In this document: piece by piece, positions 29,784-41,042 of the stretch | How the letters are laid out: the number at the start of each line of letters is the position of its first letter | Numbering within the stretch: position 1 is the first letter of the stretch | Assembly: GCA_965228855.1 (NCBI GenBank) | Contig: CBDDIJ010000003.1 | Span: 1,120,001-1,184,000, forward strand | DNA length: 64,000 nt | Direction of reading: 5' to 3' | Source of the DNA: Candidatus Obscuribacterales bacterium | GTDB taxonomy: Bacteria > Cyanobacteriota > Vampirovibrionia > Obscuribacterales > Obscuribacteraceae | Position numbers and translations under genes: made by a program | Notes under the pieces: generated by a model | Seen by the model: only the letters and a program-made list of their open reading frames with translations | What the model was told of the DNA's origin: nothing | Database searches by the model: none

Positions 29784-31241
29784 ATGTTACTAAGAAACCC
29801 CATCTTTACTTCTGTCGCTGTAAGTTTATTCTGTTCCCAAGCTGTTATGGCACTCGACCTGCCAGACTCGGCCACGTCATCTACCAACGACAGCCCGGCT
29901 GATATTGCACCTGAGAGTGTTAACCTTCGTAGCGCGGTCAACTCTTCCGAACAACCGGGTGTCCCGGAATTCAGCAAAGAGTTTTCGACGTTGACCAAGG
30001 AGATTCTCCTTCGCGGGATTGAACTTGAGCGCTTTAGTTTGAATTACCGTTTGGAAGCCGGACAACAACCAAAGTTTCGTAAGCTCAGGTACTTTCTCAC
30101 TCAAGAGACAGGTGCGGCGTGTGGTCTGGCGTTTGAAATTACAGGTGTTAACGAGTTCGGCAAGGGGCGCGATAGACCTCTAGCGATTAATAAGCGCCAT
30201 CTCAAAAACGCGCTTGGTACTGCAACCACAGGTAGTATCATTGCCGGTGCCGGTTCATGTTTTGAGCTCAGTGCAAATGTCGTTCGCGAAATCAGTAACA
30301 AGAAAAAAGGTTACGACGCAAAATCGGCAAATCGATTTGTGTCAACGAAACTGCATGAGATCGACGAGTTGCTCGCAAAACGGGAACAGCTTGTTAATAC
30401 CCACTCCAGCGATCCTGCCTACGACAGACTTGTTCTGGAAGGAAAGGTCCTGCGTGCAATGCGGCAGTGTTTCGTCAATGAGTATTCTGCATTTCACACT
30501 AGCGTTCAATCGTTGAAGGTGATGCAAAATCTCTTTTACGCTTTGAATGCTACGTACAATGCCGTAGGCGCCACCGCAGCCGGTGTCGCCAGGAATGCTG
30601 TAGATAAGCCGAAGCTGAACGGACCGGCCAATATTTTGTTTATAATTAGCGGTGGGTTGGCGATGGCTACGCCGCTAATAACCACGGCAGGTGGATTTGT
30701 TGAACGAAGGATTGCGCAAAGAGCCGTTGAACGATCAGTTCATAGTACATCCTCGTTCAAGGCGGATGAGTTTTCTTCCTTGTGCGAGCAGTTAAAATCG
30801 ATTCCGAGTGTGGGCGATGCGACGCTAATCGCATCGCTTCCTGCGACACAACGATTCGCTATGTATAACGAGTCGAACAACTTATTCGTGAAGCAGATTC
30901 AGAATGAAACAAACACGATGGCACACCTCAATAAAGTCGCGTTGCAAACGGCAGAACTTGGTCCGGCTATCGGTTCGCTGCTGATGACTCAAGGTATTTT
31001 GGGCACACGAGGATATTACAAGTACACTTTTCGTCCGCGCAAGCAGATAGACCAGTACTACAAAGGTGCGATTCTCGGGACAATAGGAACGAGTGCAGCA
31101 GTGGTCGGTAACACTGCATGGCTACTCGCAAGTTGGAGCTATGAGAATAGGCTGAAGAAGAAGGAGCAATTACCCGAGCAGCTCATTCGCAAGCGCCTTC
31201 AGCACCTGGATGAAGTCGAAAAGCAAGTTCAGGCTATTTAG
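29784..31241 (+). CDS. Secreted helical hypothetical protein with Gly/Ala-rich hydrophobic hairpins
   Basis: Signal peptide ending QAVMA; long ORF. Confidence 0.7.
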   Translation: MLLRNPIFTSVAVSLFCSQAVMALDLPDSATSSTNDSPADIAPESVNLRSAVNSSEQPGVPEFSKEFSTLTKEILLRGIELERFSLNYRLEAGQQPKFRKLRYFLTQETGAACGLAFEITGVNEFGKGRDRPLAINKRHLKNALGTATTGSIIAGAGSCFELSANVVREISNKKKGYDAKSANRFVSTKLHEIDELLAKREQLVNTHSSDPAYDRLVLEGKVLRAMRQCFVNEYSAFHTSVQSLKVMQNLFYALNATYNAVGATAAGVARNAVDKPKLNGPANILFIISGGLAMATPLITTAGGFVERRIAQRAVERSVHSTSSFKADEFSSLCEQLKSIPSVGDATLIASLPATQRFAMYNESNNLFVKQIQNETNTMAHLNKVALQTAELGPAIGSLLMTQGILGTRGYYKYTFRPRKQIDQYYKGAILGTIGTSAAVVGNTAWLLASWSYENRLKKKEQLPEQLIRKRLQHLDEVEKQVQAI

Positions 31242-31296
31242 GCAATCTCGTTTCGAATCTGCGAATGTTTCCGCCAGTGCAAGCAATAAACTCATT

Positions 31297-33660
31297 TCAG
31301 ACCGGCGTTTCCTTGCGCTTTTCCGCCAATTTGACTTCAAGTTTTCTCGCGAGATCGTGATATTTGATCGCATCAAGACGCTGTGGGGTTCGTTCTAAAA
31401 TCTCTGCTCTAATTTGATAAGCCGATAAGAGTATCTCTTCATCCTGATCTTGATGTTTTTCCATAATTGCCAGTGCCTTCTTGCTTAAATCCAGGGCACG
31501 GTCAATGTCGAAAATCACACTGAGTTCTGAAACACTCAACATAGCAATTGCAGTCCAATAATCATCCGGACCAAATGTCTCTTGTCGAAGCTCAAGAGAG
31601 CAACACTGGAGTTCATAAGCCTTTTCAACCTGTCCGCATTGAAGCAAATACTCAGCGTATGAAATGTAGCAAGAATCCAAAACGTGTGGTGCTCTGCCTC
31701 TAATCAACTCGGCCGACTCAAGTGCCTGAACATAATATTTCTCAGCGCGCTGATCGTGTTGAGATGCGTATCCTTCCGCTAGTTTACGGATAAAGACGGG
31801 GAGCACGTCCTGAGCGGTTGTGCTGAAGTATTCCTTCTTTGATTGGACTATGCCCAGCACTCTAGTTGCTTCGTCAAGACGGTTTTGTTCCAAATAAAGA
31901 TTGAAAAGAATTCGAAAATAGTTCAGGAACGGCTCAACGAACTCATGCAGGATTTGCTCTGCTTGTGAAAAGCCTCCGAGAGCGAGTTGTTCTGCCTCCG
32001 CTGTCCGCTCAAGTGCTACCAGAATATCCGCTAATCGAACATTTTGAGTTAGCTGATGTCGGGGCGTGGCGCCTCGATCTTCCTGGTCGAGAAGAATCAA
32101 TGCTTCTTCGAATTTTTGCATTCGTTGATATAGACAGATAAGGTCGACTTTGCAATCGAGCGCTAAATCTGCGTCAACTTCCTTCGCCAATTCATAAGCC
32201 ATGAGGAGCAAAAGCTCAGCTTCCGAGGGCATATTCGTTCGATTAAAGATGTAGGCAGTACTTCGGATAATATCGATCTGTCTGCCGATGTCATCTTTGT
32301 ATTGATTGAAATCCAACTTCTCCGCGGAATTTACGACTAATTCCCAAATGGCGTAGCGTTCTACCGGCTCAAGTAGATCTGCTAGATTCAGCATCTCTGA
32401 GATGCAAGACACCAGGTGGTGAGGCTGAGAACCGCAGATAGAGACTGCGTCTTCGAGAATCTGCTTCAACAACTCTTCAGCATCACGCAGACGACCGTCG
32501 CGGATCATAATATTCGCGACCTGTAGCTTTGCTGCAATTACAAGTGAGTGTGTGTCGTCGAAGAAATCTAAAACACCGTTTAACGCCTCTAACGCAACAT
32601 CTTCTTGATGTTGCAAAATGTCTTTATCGCCGGGTTCTATTACTGGCATCAAGCTGCCGTACATCAACTGCAATCTTGCACGTTTTGGATGTCTTGTACC
32701 AAACGACTTGTCTATTATTTCGAATGCGCGATCCAGCAGCGGTTTGTAATCGGCTATTGATTCGCCTACGCTGGTCAAACAAGCACGATTGAGAAGGTAT
32801 GAGGGCAACAGCGGATGCTCGTTTCCATATTGCTGCTCGATCATGCTTAAGGCATCACCACAATAGTTCCGTGCTGTTTCCCAGTCATGGTCGCTAAAAG
32901 CGAGTCGCCTGCTGACCAGGAAGTAGGTCTCTGCTGTAAGCTGGTGGGGACCAAGCTTTTCACACAATACGAGTGCTTCTTCCTGATGCTTTCGCGTCAC
33001 TCCATAGAGTAATTTCGTCATGGAGGATTTGAGCAATTGCGCTCGCACCATATTTTCAGTCTGATGCCACTCGTCAGAAACTCCCTTGATTTCCCAGCCC
33101 GGACCGAAGAAAGTGAAGGCAATCGCTGGTTCTAAATAAATAGGATACGTGCAATCGGTTTCATCAATATAAGTGACCATAGGCATCGAGGCCGTTTGCA
33201 GAAACTGGTCTACTGACTCGAGAGCCTTTTGCTGATTTCCCAGACCAAGTTCCGCCCTTGCGATGTTGTACCAAAACTCGCAGGAGACTCTGGTGTGTTC
33301 GGCTCCCAGAACTTTAAGAGCTAAAACCGATTCCGTTTTCGCATCGTCAAAGTGCTCTTGTTCCAGGTATAACTGCGAGCGAATGTGCATGGCGAGCGCT
33401 TTTTGGAGACGCTCGCCGGGGGTGGATTCGTCCTTGGTCAGCGAAAAAGCTTCGCGCAACGCAGTGGTGGCATCCTGATACTTGGCGCGAGCTGAGTATC
33501 CTGCGGCGAGGTTGTTGAGTGCTTCCGCGAGTTGTTCGGGTGCGGCGTTATCATTGCGCGCACGCCGAACACTTTCGACGAATAGCTCCTCGGCCTTGAG
33601 AAACTTGCAGCACTTATAAAGTGCTATTCCTTCTTCGGCGCAGCTTTTCCAAGTTCTCAA
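31297..33660 (-). CDS. Large TPR-like protein
   Basis: ALNNLAAGY, YGNEHP, FGTRHP, ALAIMEK repeats. Confidence 0.75.
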   Translation of the reverse strand: MRTWKSCAEEGIALYKCCKFLKAEELFVESVRRARNDNAAPEQLAEALNNLAAGYSARAKYQDATTALREAFSLTKDESTPGERLQKALAMHIRSQLYLEQEHFDDAKTESVLALKVLGAEHTRVSCEFWYNIARAELGLGNQQKALESVDQFLQTASMPMVTYIDETDCTYPIYLEPAIAFTFFGPGWEIKGVSDEWHQTENMVRAQLLKSSMTKLLYGVTRKHQEEALVLCEKLGPHQLTAETYFLVSRRLAFSDHDWETARNYCGDALSMIEQQYGNEHPLLPSYLLNRACLTSVGESIADYKPLLDRAFEIIDKSFGTRHPKRARLQLMYGSLMPVIEPGDKDILQHQEDVALEALNGVLDFFDDTHSLVIAAKLQVANIMIRDGRLRDAEELLKQILEDAVSICGSQPHHLVSCISEMLNLADLLEPVERYAIWELVVNSAEKLDFNQYKDDIGRQIDIIRSTAYIFNRTNMPSEAELLLLMAYELAKEVDADLALDCKVDLICLYQRMQKFEEALILLDQEDRGATPRHQLTQNVRLADILVALERTAEAEQLALGGFSQAEQILHEFVEPFLNYFRILFNLYLEQNRLDEATRVLGIVQSKKEYFSTTAQDVLPVFIRKLAEGYASQHDQRAEKYYVQALESAELIRGRAPHVLDSCYISYAEYLLQCGQVEKAYELQCCSLELRQETFGPDDYWTAIAMLSVSELSVIFDIDRALDLSKKALAIMEKHQDQDEEILLSAYQIRAEILERTPQRLDAIKYHDLARKLEVKLAEKRKETPV

Positions 33661-33690
33661 ACCAGTTGTCCCGTTTATGCGGTGATCCGC

Positions 33691-35970
33691 TTACGCGGTT
33701 ACAGGTTTAGCCTTTTTCTTAATCAAGTTGAGAGCGCTGCCTTCTTTGAACCATTCGATTTGTTCTTCGGTGAAAGTGTGCTTCAATTCAATCTTCTCTT
33801 CGCTGCCGTCTTCGTGCGTAAGAACCATCGTCACCGGCTTGTTAACAGCCAGTTTGTCGAGGTCTACGACGCTGAGGAAATCGGTCGCTTTGATTTTGTC
33901 GTAGTCGGCCGGATTCGCGAATGTGAATGCCAGGATGCCTTGTTTTTTGAGGTTGGTCTCGTGAATACGTGCGAAGCTCTTCACGACCACGGCTTTGCAG
34001 CCGAGGAAGCGAGGTGACATCGCTGCGTGTTCGCGGCTGGAGCCTTCTCCGTAGTTCTCGTCTCCGACAACGATCCAGCCCATTCCTTCTTTCTTGTAGT
34101 GCCTTGCAGCTTCCGGAACGGTTTTTACCTTTTTATCAATGATATCAGTGACGGTGCCAGGTTCACCACCGAATGCGTTGATGGCGCCGATGAACATGTT
34201 GTCGCTGATCCTATCGAGATGCCCTCTATATCGCAGCCACGGGCCGGCAGGAGAAATATGGTCCGTGGTGCACTTGCCTTTTGCCTTGAGTAGCAGAGGC
34301 AACTTGACGTAATCTTTTCCGTCCCACGCTTTGAAGGGTTCGAGCAATTGGAGTCGCTCGCTGTTCGGGTCAACTTTAACTTGAATTGAAGAACCGTCTT
34401 TTGCCGGCTCGACGTAGCCTGCGTCTTCAGAGATGAAACCTTGAGCAGGCAATTCCGAAGATTCGGGTTGCTCAAGTTTGACCTCTTTGCCGTCAGCCGT
34501 TTTCAGTGTGTCCTTCAAAGGATTGAACGACAGTCTTCCTGCGATTGCAAGCGCGGTCACGATTTCAGGACTTGCGATGAACGCGTTGGTCTCTGGATTT
34601 CCATCGTTACGCTTTTGAAAGTTTCTATTGAACGAAGTGATGATCGAGTTCTTTTCACCCTGTTTAATATCATCACGCTTCCACTGACCGATGCATGGGC
34701 CGCAAGCGTTGGCTAGAACCGTTCCGCCGATGCTCTCCAGCGTTTCGAGTTGTCCGTCTCGTTTGATCGTCTGGTGAATTTGCTCGGAACCCGGTGTGAT
34801 CAAATATCCGCATTCAGCTTTTAAACCGTGTTGCGCTGCTTGTTTCGCCACGTTGGCTGCGCGTGTCATGTCCTCGTAAGAGGAGTTGGTGCAGCTTCCA
34901 ATCAGTGCACAGGTGAGCTCATCCGGATAGCCGTTTTTCTTCACATCTTCAGCGAGTTGCGAAATCGGTCTTGCCAGGTCCGGTGTGTGTGGTCCGACAA
35001 CGTATGGTTCCAGCGTGTCGAGATCGATCTCTACTATTTGATCGAAGTACTTTTCCGGATCGCTTTCGATTTCAGGATCGGCAACCAGATATTCAGAGAA
35101 TTCGTCACAAAGGTCGGCGACGGCTTTGCGCTCGGTGGCGATCAGGTAGCGCGCCATGCGCTCGTCGTAGGGGAAAATAGAAGTGGTTGCTCCGAGTTCC
35201 GCACCCATGTTGGTGATAGTGCCTTTACCGGTGCAGCTCAGTGACTTGGTGCCGCTGCCGAAGTACTCGATAATCGCACCCGTACCACCTTTTACGGTCA
35301 GGATGCCGGCGAGCTTAAGAATTACGTCTTTCGGAGACGTCCAGCCATTAAGTTTTCCTTTCAAATGAACGCCGATCTTCTTGGGCCATCTTACGCCCCA
35401 CGGTTCGCCAACCATTACGTCTACAGCGTCTGCGCCGCCGACACCAATGGCGATCATGCCTAGACCGCCTGCATTTGGGGTATGCGAGTCTGTTCCGATC
35501 ATCATTCCGCCCGGGAATGCATAGTTTTCGAGGACAACCTGGTGAATGATACCTGCGCCCGGCTTCCAGAATCCGATGCCGTGTTTGGCGCTTGCGGAAC
35601 TCAAGAAGTCATAGACTTCTTTATTGTCCTGTAAAGCCTGGTCCATATCCTTGTCTGCGCCGACGCGAGCCTGAATAAGGTGGTCGCAGTGGACTGTCGA
35701 GGGCACCTGAGCCTGATCGATTTGCGCTTGCATGAACTGCAGGAGTGCCATTTGAGCAGTTGCGTCTTGCATCGCAACACGGTCAGGGCGCAGGAAAGCG
35801 TATGTAGTGCCGCCTTCCGGGATGCCTTCTTCGGGCCATCTATCGAGGTGAGCGGTGAGAATCTTCTCTGTGAGCGTCAAAGGGCGATTGTATTTCTTTT
35901 TTGCTTCGCGATATTTTTCAACGCGAGATTTGTAGAACTGTTTGTATTGCTCGTTTGTTAACTTTGCCAT
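33691..35970 (-). CDS. acnA: Aconitate hydratase, mitochondrial/Bacteroidota-like type
   Basis: [73 protein letters not shown]. Confidence 0.95.
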   Translation of the reverse strand: MAKLTNEQYKQFYKSRVEKYREAKKKYNRPLTLTEKILTAHLDRWPEEGIPEGGTTYAFLRPDRVAMQDATAQMALLQFMQAQIDQAQVPSTVHCDHLIQARVGADKDMDQALQDNKEVYDFLSSASAKHGIGFWKPGAGIIHQVVLENYAFPGGMMIGTDSHTPNAGGLGMIAIGVGGADAVDVMVGEPWGVRWPKKIGVHLKGKLNGWTSPKDVILKLAGILTVKGGTGAIIEYFGSGTKSLSCTGKGTITNMGAELGATTSIFPYDERMARYLIATERKAVADLCDEFSEYLVADPEIESDPEKYFDQIVEIDLDTLEPYVVGPHTPDLARPISQLAEDVKKNGYPDELTCALIGSCTNSSYEDMTRAANVAKQAAQHGLKAECGYLITPGSEQIHQTIKRDGQLETLESIGGTVLANACGPCIGQWKRDDIKQGEKNSIITSFNRNFQKRNDGNPETNAFIASPEIVTALAIAGRLSFNPLKDTLKTADGKEVKLEQPESSELPAQGFISEDAGYVEPAKDGSSIQVKVDPNSERLQLLEPFKAWDGKDYVKLPLLLKAKGKCTTDHISPAGPWLRYRGHLDRISDNMFIGAINAFGGEPGTVTDIIDKKVKTVPEAARHYKKEGMGWIVVGDENYGEGSSREHAAMSPRFLGCKAVVVKSFARIHETNLKKQGILAFTFANPADYDKIKATDFLSVVDLDKLAVNKPVTMVLTHEDGSEEKIELKHTFTEEQIEWFKEGSALNLIKKKAKPVTA

Positions 35971-36244
35971 TGTATTCGCCTTTATTCGCCTTCGCCTTAC
36001 AACCGTTAGAGATTGGCGCTATGCGCTGCTCTCAAGCTGATCGCAGTCACCAGTGATAGGTCGCGAAAACCTAACTAATGGCAACCTGTCTGACTTATCA
36101 GCACCTTAAATTTTACCAGAAGCAGACGTCAACGGTTTCTATTTAAAGGATTGATGACGGCGCATCGAGGGAACTAATCAGACGATTGCCTAATGTGTAA
36201 TCTTGTGAAACCATTTGCAGGTGTTTTCTTTGCAGGAGCAAATT

Positions 36245-36979
36245 ATGCTTCCCCTGGATAGCCCCGTCTGGAATGACCTCGAGTGCGCCCGCGGTTCGGC
36301 CGGACATATACCAGCTTTGATTAGTAGAGTTTGTGACCCCTCGCTGGTTGAAAGCGAAATAAAAGCCAGCTGGACTGAAGTCTGGGAGAATCTTTGCCAT
36401 AACGACAGAGTTTACGCCGCAACCTACGCGGCTGTACCGCACCTGGCGGCATGCGTATTGAAGGGGAATCTTGTTTCGCGCCTTGAGCTGCTTTTATTCT
36501 CCGGTCGCGTTCTGGGCTTCGGACAGCTGGTCGGTAAGCCTTTGTCCGTAAAGTTGGTTGAGGGTTTCTCGCAGGTAGTTGATAAGATAGCAGCGGAAAG
36601 CGCGGCTATCGTGCGAGAAGCCAGAGAGCAAAATCTTTTGTCCCGCTATCCGTCGACTCGACTTATTCAATCCACTCTCGCGCTCAACTTCGGCTGCGAT
36701 CCGGTTGTTCAATTAATTCAATCAATTATCGATGACAATTTGGAAATCGAAGTAGTTTGCCCAGGGTGCGACGAGCCTAGCAAGGTTTTAGTTGATGAAC
36801 ACCAGAGCGCAAATACAAAGGTCGAAACATCGGCGGACGATGATTCCGTCACAGCAGGTATGACGCTAGCAAACGAACTGGGAGACGCATCACTGGAAAA
36901 GCGCATTGCCACATTGCGCTCAACCGTCAAGTGTAAAAGTTGTGATGTCGAGTTTGCGATGTACGACGGTTATGTCTAA
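36245..36979 (+). CDS. Hypothetical protein with two C-terminal CxxC motifs
   Basis: GGAG RBS; WNDL..ARG..IPALI, LCHNDRVYAATYAAVPHL; CPGC and CKSC. Confidence 0.7.
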   Translation: MLPLDSPVWNDLECARGSAGHIPALISRVCDPSLVESEIKASWTEVWENLCHNDRVYAATYAAVPHLAACVLKGNLVSRLELLLFSGRVLGFGQLVGKPLSVKLVEGFSQVVDKIAAESAAIVREAREQNLLSRYPSTRLIQSTLALNFGCDPVVQLIQSIIDDNLEIEVVCPGCDEPSKVLVDEHQSANTKVETSADDDSVTAGMTLANELGDASLEKRIATLRSTVKCKSCDVEFAMYDGYV

Positions 36980-37000
36980 CGATTGCCACTAAAACTGGTG

Positions 37001-37501
37001 TCATTTCGGTTCGACATCTCGATTGATGATCCAGTGAGCCCCCTTTCGTGGAAAGGCATAGACGGCCCATTTGAAGTGACGCATGCGAATCTTATGAAAT
37101 CCCGCATCTCGCATTTCTGCGTATGCGCTGTCGGCACTCCAACCATCGCGGGCCATGCGATAGAAGGCAATGAGCATGCCGGTTCGGTCTGCCCCGTGTT
37201 TACAGTGTAGAAATATTGGATAGTGCGAAGGATCGTCGATAATGCTGAAAAACTTATCGATCTCGTCGGGCTTTGGAAGAATCCAGTACGTAAGTGGCAG
37301 ATATATGAATCTCAGCCCAAGTTCTTCTGCTCTGCGTTGTTCTTCCTCAATGGCCGAAGAATTCCATCGCAAGCATACGATGGTTTTGATGCCAGCGTCT
37401 TTCAGTTCAACGAGTTGCTCCAGGTCTGGTTGACCACCGCGGTAAAACCATTCGTTGACGACGCGGAAGTTCTTAATTGTTAGTTGCGATTTCTCCAGCA
37501 T
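37001..37501 (-). CDS. Tyrosine/dual-specificity protein phosphatase (Siw14/PFA-DSP-like)
   Basis: NFRVV..YRGGQP, P-loop HCKHGADRTG. Confidence 0.88.
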   Translation of the reverse strand: MLEKSQLTIKNFRVVNEWFYRGGQPDLEQLVELKDAGIKTIVCLRWNSSAIEEEQRRAEELGLRFIYLPLTYWILPKPDEIDKFFSIIDDPSHYPIFLHCKHGADRTGMLIAFYRMARDGWSADSAYAEMRDAGFHKIRMRHFKWAVYAFPRKGAHWIINRDVEPK

Positions 37502-37588
37502 TTACCGGTGATGATGGTCGAGACTCTGCCATAAAAATTCTAACCGCTATCGCCTCGTCTCGCAATTGCCGGCGCCTTGGTTTCACCG

Positions 37589-39046
37589 TTATGGTTTGAG
37601 CATCTCCATCAACGTCTCACGAGCAACTTCAAGCTGTCTCTCATAGCCGGACTGATCCAGGGACTTATTTCCGATTTCAACGTCTGGTGTAACGCCGACG
37701 CCCTCTAACCGTACACCGCCGATGGTGCCATCTAAAACAGCGATATATGCGGTGCATTTTTCGTCTATCGGAGAAATGCTGCCCGCCACAACTGCTCCAG
37801 CCGTTTTAGTTCCCACCAATTTCGCTCTACCTGTTCTTTTCAGGCTGAACGAAACCAGCTCTTTTCCGCTGCGACTGCCGTCGTTAATCACGGCGACGAT
37901 CGGTTTGTCGTAGTAGTAGCGAGAAACATTTTTCTTGCCATCTCTACTGACGGTAACAAAGTCCGGATACGCTTTCGGGTCTCTGTAAAAACGGTCCAGA
38001 TCAGTTAGGCTGTTTCCTCCGTATCCATCGCGCAAATCTAAGATTAAACCGTCAGTGTCGCCTAGTTTTTCCTCCATGATCTCGTCGAGTGCTTCGTAGC
38101 TGCGTCGGCCTCCGCACCACACGTGCACGTATCCGATCTTCTTGCCGTCGATCTTAGTCACCGTGACGCTCTTTCGAGTTGCTTTGACGTATGCCGAGTA
38201 AAGGTCAGCTTTCTCTGGTTTTACTGAGATAACTTTGGTGATGCCGTCTCGTTCGATGGTTATCGTGGAGGTACTGCCTGCGGTATCAAGAAAATTTAAG
38301 TAACCGACGTAGCCAAGCCCGTTTACCTTAATGATGTGATCTCCTATTTGCAAACCCGCTTTGGCTGCGGGACTTCCATCGAGGATGTAGCGGACTTGAT
38401 TGTCAGCGTACGGTTTTGTGCCGGTAACAAAGCCCACGTAATCGACTTTTCCTTTACTCAACTTCTTGTTGAAGTCTGAAAACAGCGCGTGTAAGAAATG
38501 ATACATCTCGTCATTGATGGTCACGAAGTTGCAGTGGCTGGAATTCAAAGAGGAGAAAGCCACCGACATAGAAGCGCCCAGTTCCGCAAGTGTTTTGCTG
38601 TTTACGATCGAGTCGTGTTGTTTCTTCAGTGCCTCTTTCCAGATGCTTTTGGCCACTACAGGATCATAGAAGCGTTTGGAAACCGCTTCGTCCACGAGCT
38701 CGAGGATCCTTTTGTTGTATGTTGCATCAACATAGAAAGACTGGGGTAACGTAGATGGCGGCTTTGTAGCTGACAGCTCTTTGCCGAGCTGTTGCTCCTT
38801 CGAGACAGCTTGCGTCTTGTTACTCTCTTGAACCTGGTTGCGCCGTTCCTTCTCGTCATCGTCATCGTCATCGTCATCATCGTCATGTGATTCGACTATA
38901 AGCGTTCTATCATTTCGGACTGCTGAAACAGACTTCGGATTGGCGGCTGACGCGGGTATATTGCCGGCGCTGCTGGAGACGCTAATTGACAAGATCAGGA
39001 GCAGGTGCAATTTTGTCGCTATATTTTTCATAGGCTCATTTTGCAT
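37589..39046 (-). CDS. S41 family peptidase with PDZ domain, secreted
   Basis: GSPAAKAGLQIGD, LILDLRDGYGG, SRSGKE, LEGVGVTPDV; poly-Asp tract near the N-terminus. Confidence 0.88.
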   Translation of the reverse strand: MQNEPMKNIATKLHLLLILSISVSSSAGNIPASAANPKSVSAVRNDRTLIVESHDDDDDDDDDDEKERRNQVQESNKTQAVSKEQQLGKELSATKPPSTLPQSFYVDATYNKRILELVDEAVSKRFYDPVVAKSIWKEALKKQHDSIVNSKTLAELGASMSVAFSSLNSSHCNFVTINDEMYHFLHALFSDFNKKLSKGKVDYVGFVTGTKPYADNQVRYILDGSPAAKAGLQIGDHIIKVNGLGYVGYLNFLDTAGSTSTITIERDGITKVISVKPEKADLYSAYVKATRKSVTVTKIDGKKIGYVHVWCGGRRSYEALDEIMEEKLGDTDGLILDLRDGYGGNSLTDLDRFYRDPKAYPDFVTVSRDGKKNVSRYYYDKPIVAVINDGSRSGKELVSFSLKRTGRAKLVGTKTAGAVVAGSISPIDEKCTAYIAVLDGTIGGVRLEGVGVTPDVEIGNKSLDQSGYERQLEVARETLMEMLKP

Positions 39047-39200
39047 TCAACCCGATAATGATACGACTTCTACTGCTCTAGATATGTGTGCGCGACAAAA
39101 TATATATCAAACACGGTAGCGTCATAATCCGTTTCGACATCCTTGCTACGCGGAGTTTCAAATCGCCATCGCTTACAATTCTTGCTGGCAGGAGGCAAGC

Positions 39201-40649
39201 GTGCGGGCAAAACCATCAATTTATATTCCAACGCTGTACTTCGCCGAAGGACTTCCGTACACGATTGTAGCGTTGATGTCGACTGTTTTTTATAAAAACA
39301 TAGGCGTCTCTAACGCCTTTATCGGCATGACCAGCTTTTTGACTCTGCCCTGGACATTAAAGTTTCTCTGGTCTCCGTTTGTCGATATCTACGGAACGAA
39401 ACGGAAATGGGTACTGGTAGCACAGGCGGTGCTCGGGTGCATTGCCCTTCTTCTGATCGGTGCCGTTTTCCTGCCTGATGCCGAATACGTCAGCCTGGTC
39501 ATATTTTTCATCATGGCATTGGCTTCTGCAACTCATGATGTGGCAATCGACGGCTATTATCTGGATGTTTTGAATAAGGAACAGCAGGCGTTCTACGTGG
39601 GCGTGAGAAACGCGGCCTACAAGGTCGCATGGCTTTCAGGGTCCGGTGGTCTTGTATTTCTGGCGGGCAGTTTGGCTGAGACCACCTCGCTTGGTGTCAA
39701 AGGTGGATGGGCGGTTTCATTCGCAGTAGGCGCTGCACTCCTTCTAATCTGTGCTGCATTTCATACTTTTGCTCTGCCTGAGCCTGAAACCGAAGCAACT
39801 ACAAAAAAGGGGGCAGTGCATCTCTCACCGAAAGAATTCATCTCGGTGCTTTCAACATGGCTTAACCAACCTCGCATTGCTATTGTTGTTTTCTACATTC
39901 TGATTTTCAGGCTCGGGGATGCCTTGATGCTGAAGATGGCGCAACCGTTTCTCCTTGATCCGGCAGCAAAAGGTGGTCTGGCAATATCGACTGCGGATGT
40001 CGGCATTATTTATGGAACGGTGGGGATGCTCTTCCTGTTGGCGGGCGGTATCATCGGCGGTGCACTTGTTTCGAAATACGGATTAAGAAAATGCTTGCTT
40101 CCTACGGCATTGATTCAAAACAGCGCAATTACGCTGTATTGGTGGCTGGCACTGGCAAAACCGGCTGGATCTGTTAATGTGCTTGGTTTTCCGCTTACTG
40201 AGATGTTGAGCAAAATGACCGATAACCCCGACGTGCTCCGTTGGTTTGACGCGCGACTCTTGCTTACGATCTCCGTCAATTCCGTTGAGCAATTTGCTTA
40301 TGGTCTTGGGACCGCAGCTTACACTGTATTTCTGTTAAGTACGGTTCGGTCCGAATACAAAGCGGCTCATTATGCGATCGCGACGGCTATTATGGCTTTT
40401 GGTGTCATGATTCCTGGATTCACTAGCGGCTGGTTGCAGGAATCAGTCGGATACGAGCGATTTTTCTTGATCAGTTTTGTTGCGTCATTGCCGGGAATGG
40501 CTGCGATTTTTGCATTGCCACTGGATAATTCTTCGGTTCCGGAGGCGGAGGAAATTGTCTCGAAAGAAAAGATTGTTGGGGGACTGAAACCTGAGCCTGT
40601 CGCCGAAAAGGCAGAAAGTTTTGACCAGACAAATGACTCAGAAGTTTAA
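39201..40649 (+). CDS. ampG: AmpG-like MFS permease
   Basis: LYFAEGLP, LPWTLKFLWSPFVD, SATHDVAIDGYY, YKAAHYAIAT. Confidence 0.85.
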   Translation: MRAKPSIYIPTLYFAEGLPYTIVALMSTVFYKNIGVSNAFIGMTSFLTLPWTLKFLWSPFVDIYGTKRKWVLVAQAVLGCIALLLIGAVFLPDAEYVSLVIFFIMALASATHDVAIDGYYLDVLNKEQQAFYVGVRNAAYKVAWLSGSGGLVFLAGSLAETTSLGVKGGWAVSFAVGAALLLICAAFHTFALPEPETEATTKKGAVHLSPKEFISVLSTWLNQPRIAIVVFYILIFRLGDALMLKMAQPFLLDPAAKGGLAISTADVGIIYGTVGMLFLLAGGIIGGALVSKYGLRKCLLPTALIQNSAITLYWWLALAKPAGSVNVLGFPLTEMLSKMTDNPDVLRWFDARLLLTISVNSVEQFAYGLGTAAYTVFLLSTVRSEYKAAHYAIATAIMAFGVMIPGFTSGWLQESVGYERFFLISFVASLPGMAAIFALPLDNSSVPEAEEIVSKEKIVGGLKPEPVAEKAESFDQTNDSEV

Positions 40650-41042
40650 ACAGTTCCTCGTCCGGACCAATCTGGTGTCGCATCTGGTGCAGAGTTAACT
40701 TCGAAGTTCGAGCATTGAAGCGTAGCGAAGAGCTTGCCGGTGTTGTGGAGTTGTGACCAGCTGGCGACGGGCGTGTGATCGAAAGGACGTTTCGGCTAGC
40801 CTTCGAAGACCCTTTTGACGTTCGTGCATTCGTTCTGGAAAAGCTGCGAAAGATTGATTTAGCTGACATCTAGAGCGTTCAGGACTGGAAGGGATTGGCA
40901 CGTTAAGGATGTCTAATAGCTGAAACAGACGTATAATTCCCATTGACATCTTATATTTGTACTCTTACTCTCGAAGGAGTAATCTGGCACTACGCCGCTG
41001 TGACCGCGGTGAGCCAGCTGAGAATTCAGGTGAGGGGACTAC

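Noticed and set aside
38853..38887. (TCGTCA)n microsatellite as a phase-variation locus
   Set aside because: It is an in-frame poly-Asp coding tract; unit changes would not shift the frame
40695..40949. 84-aa minus-strand ORF
   Set aside because: No RBS or motif and atypical composition
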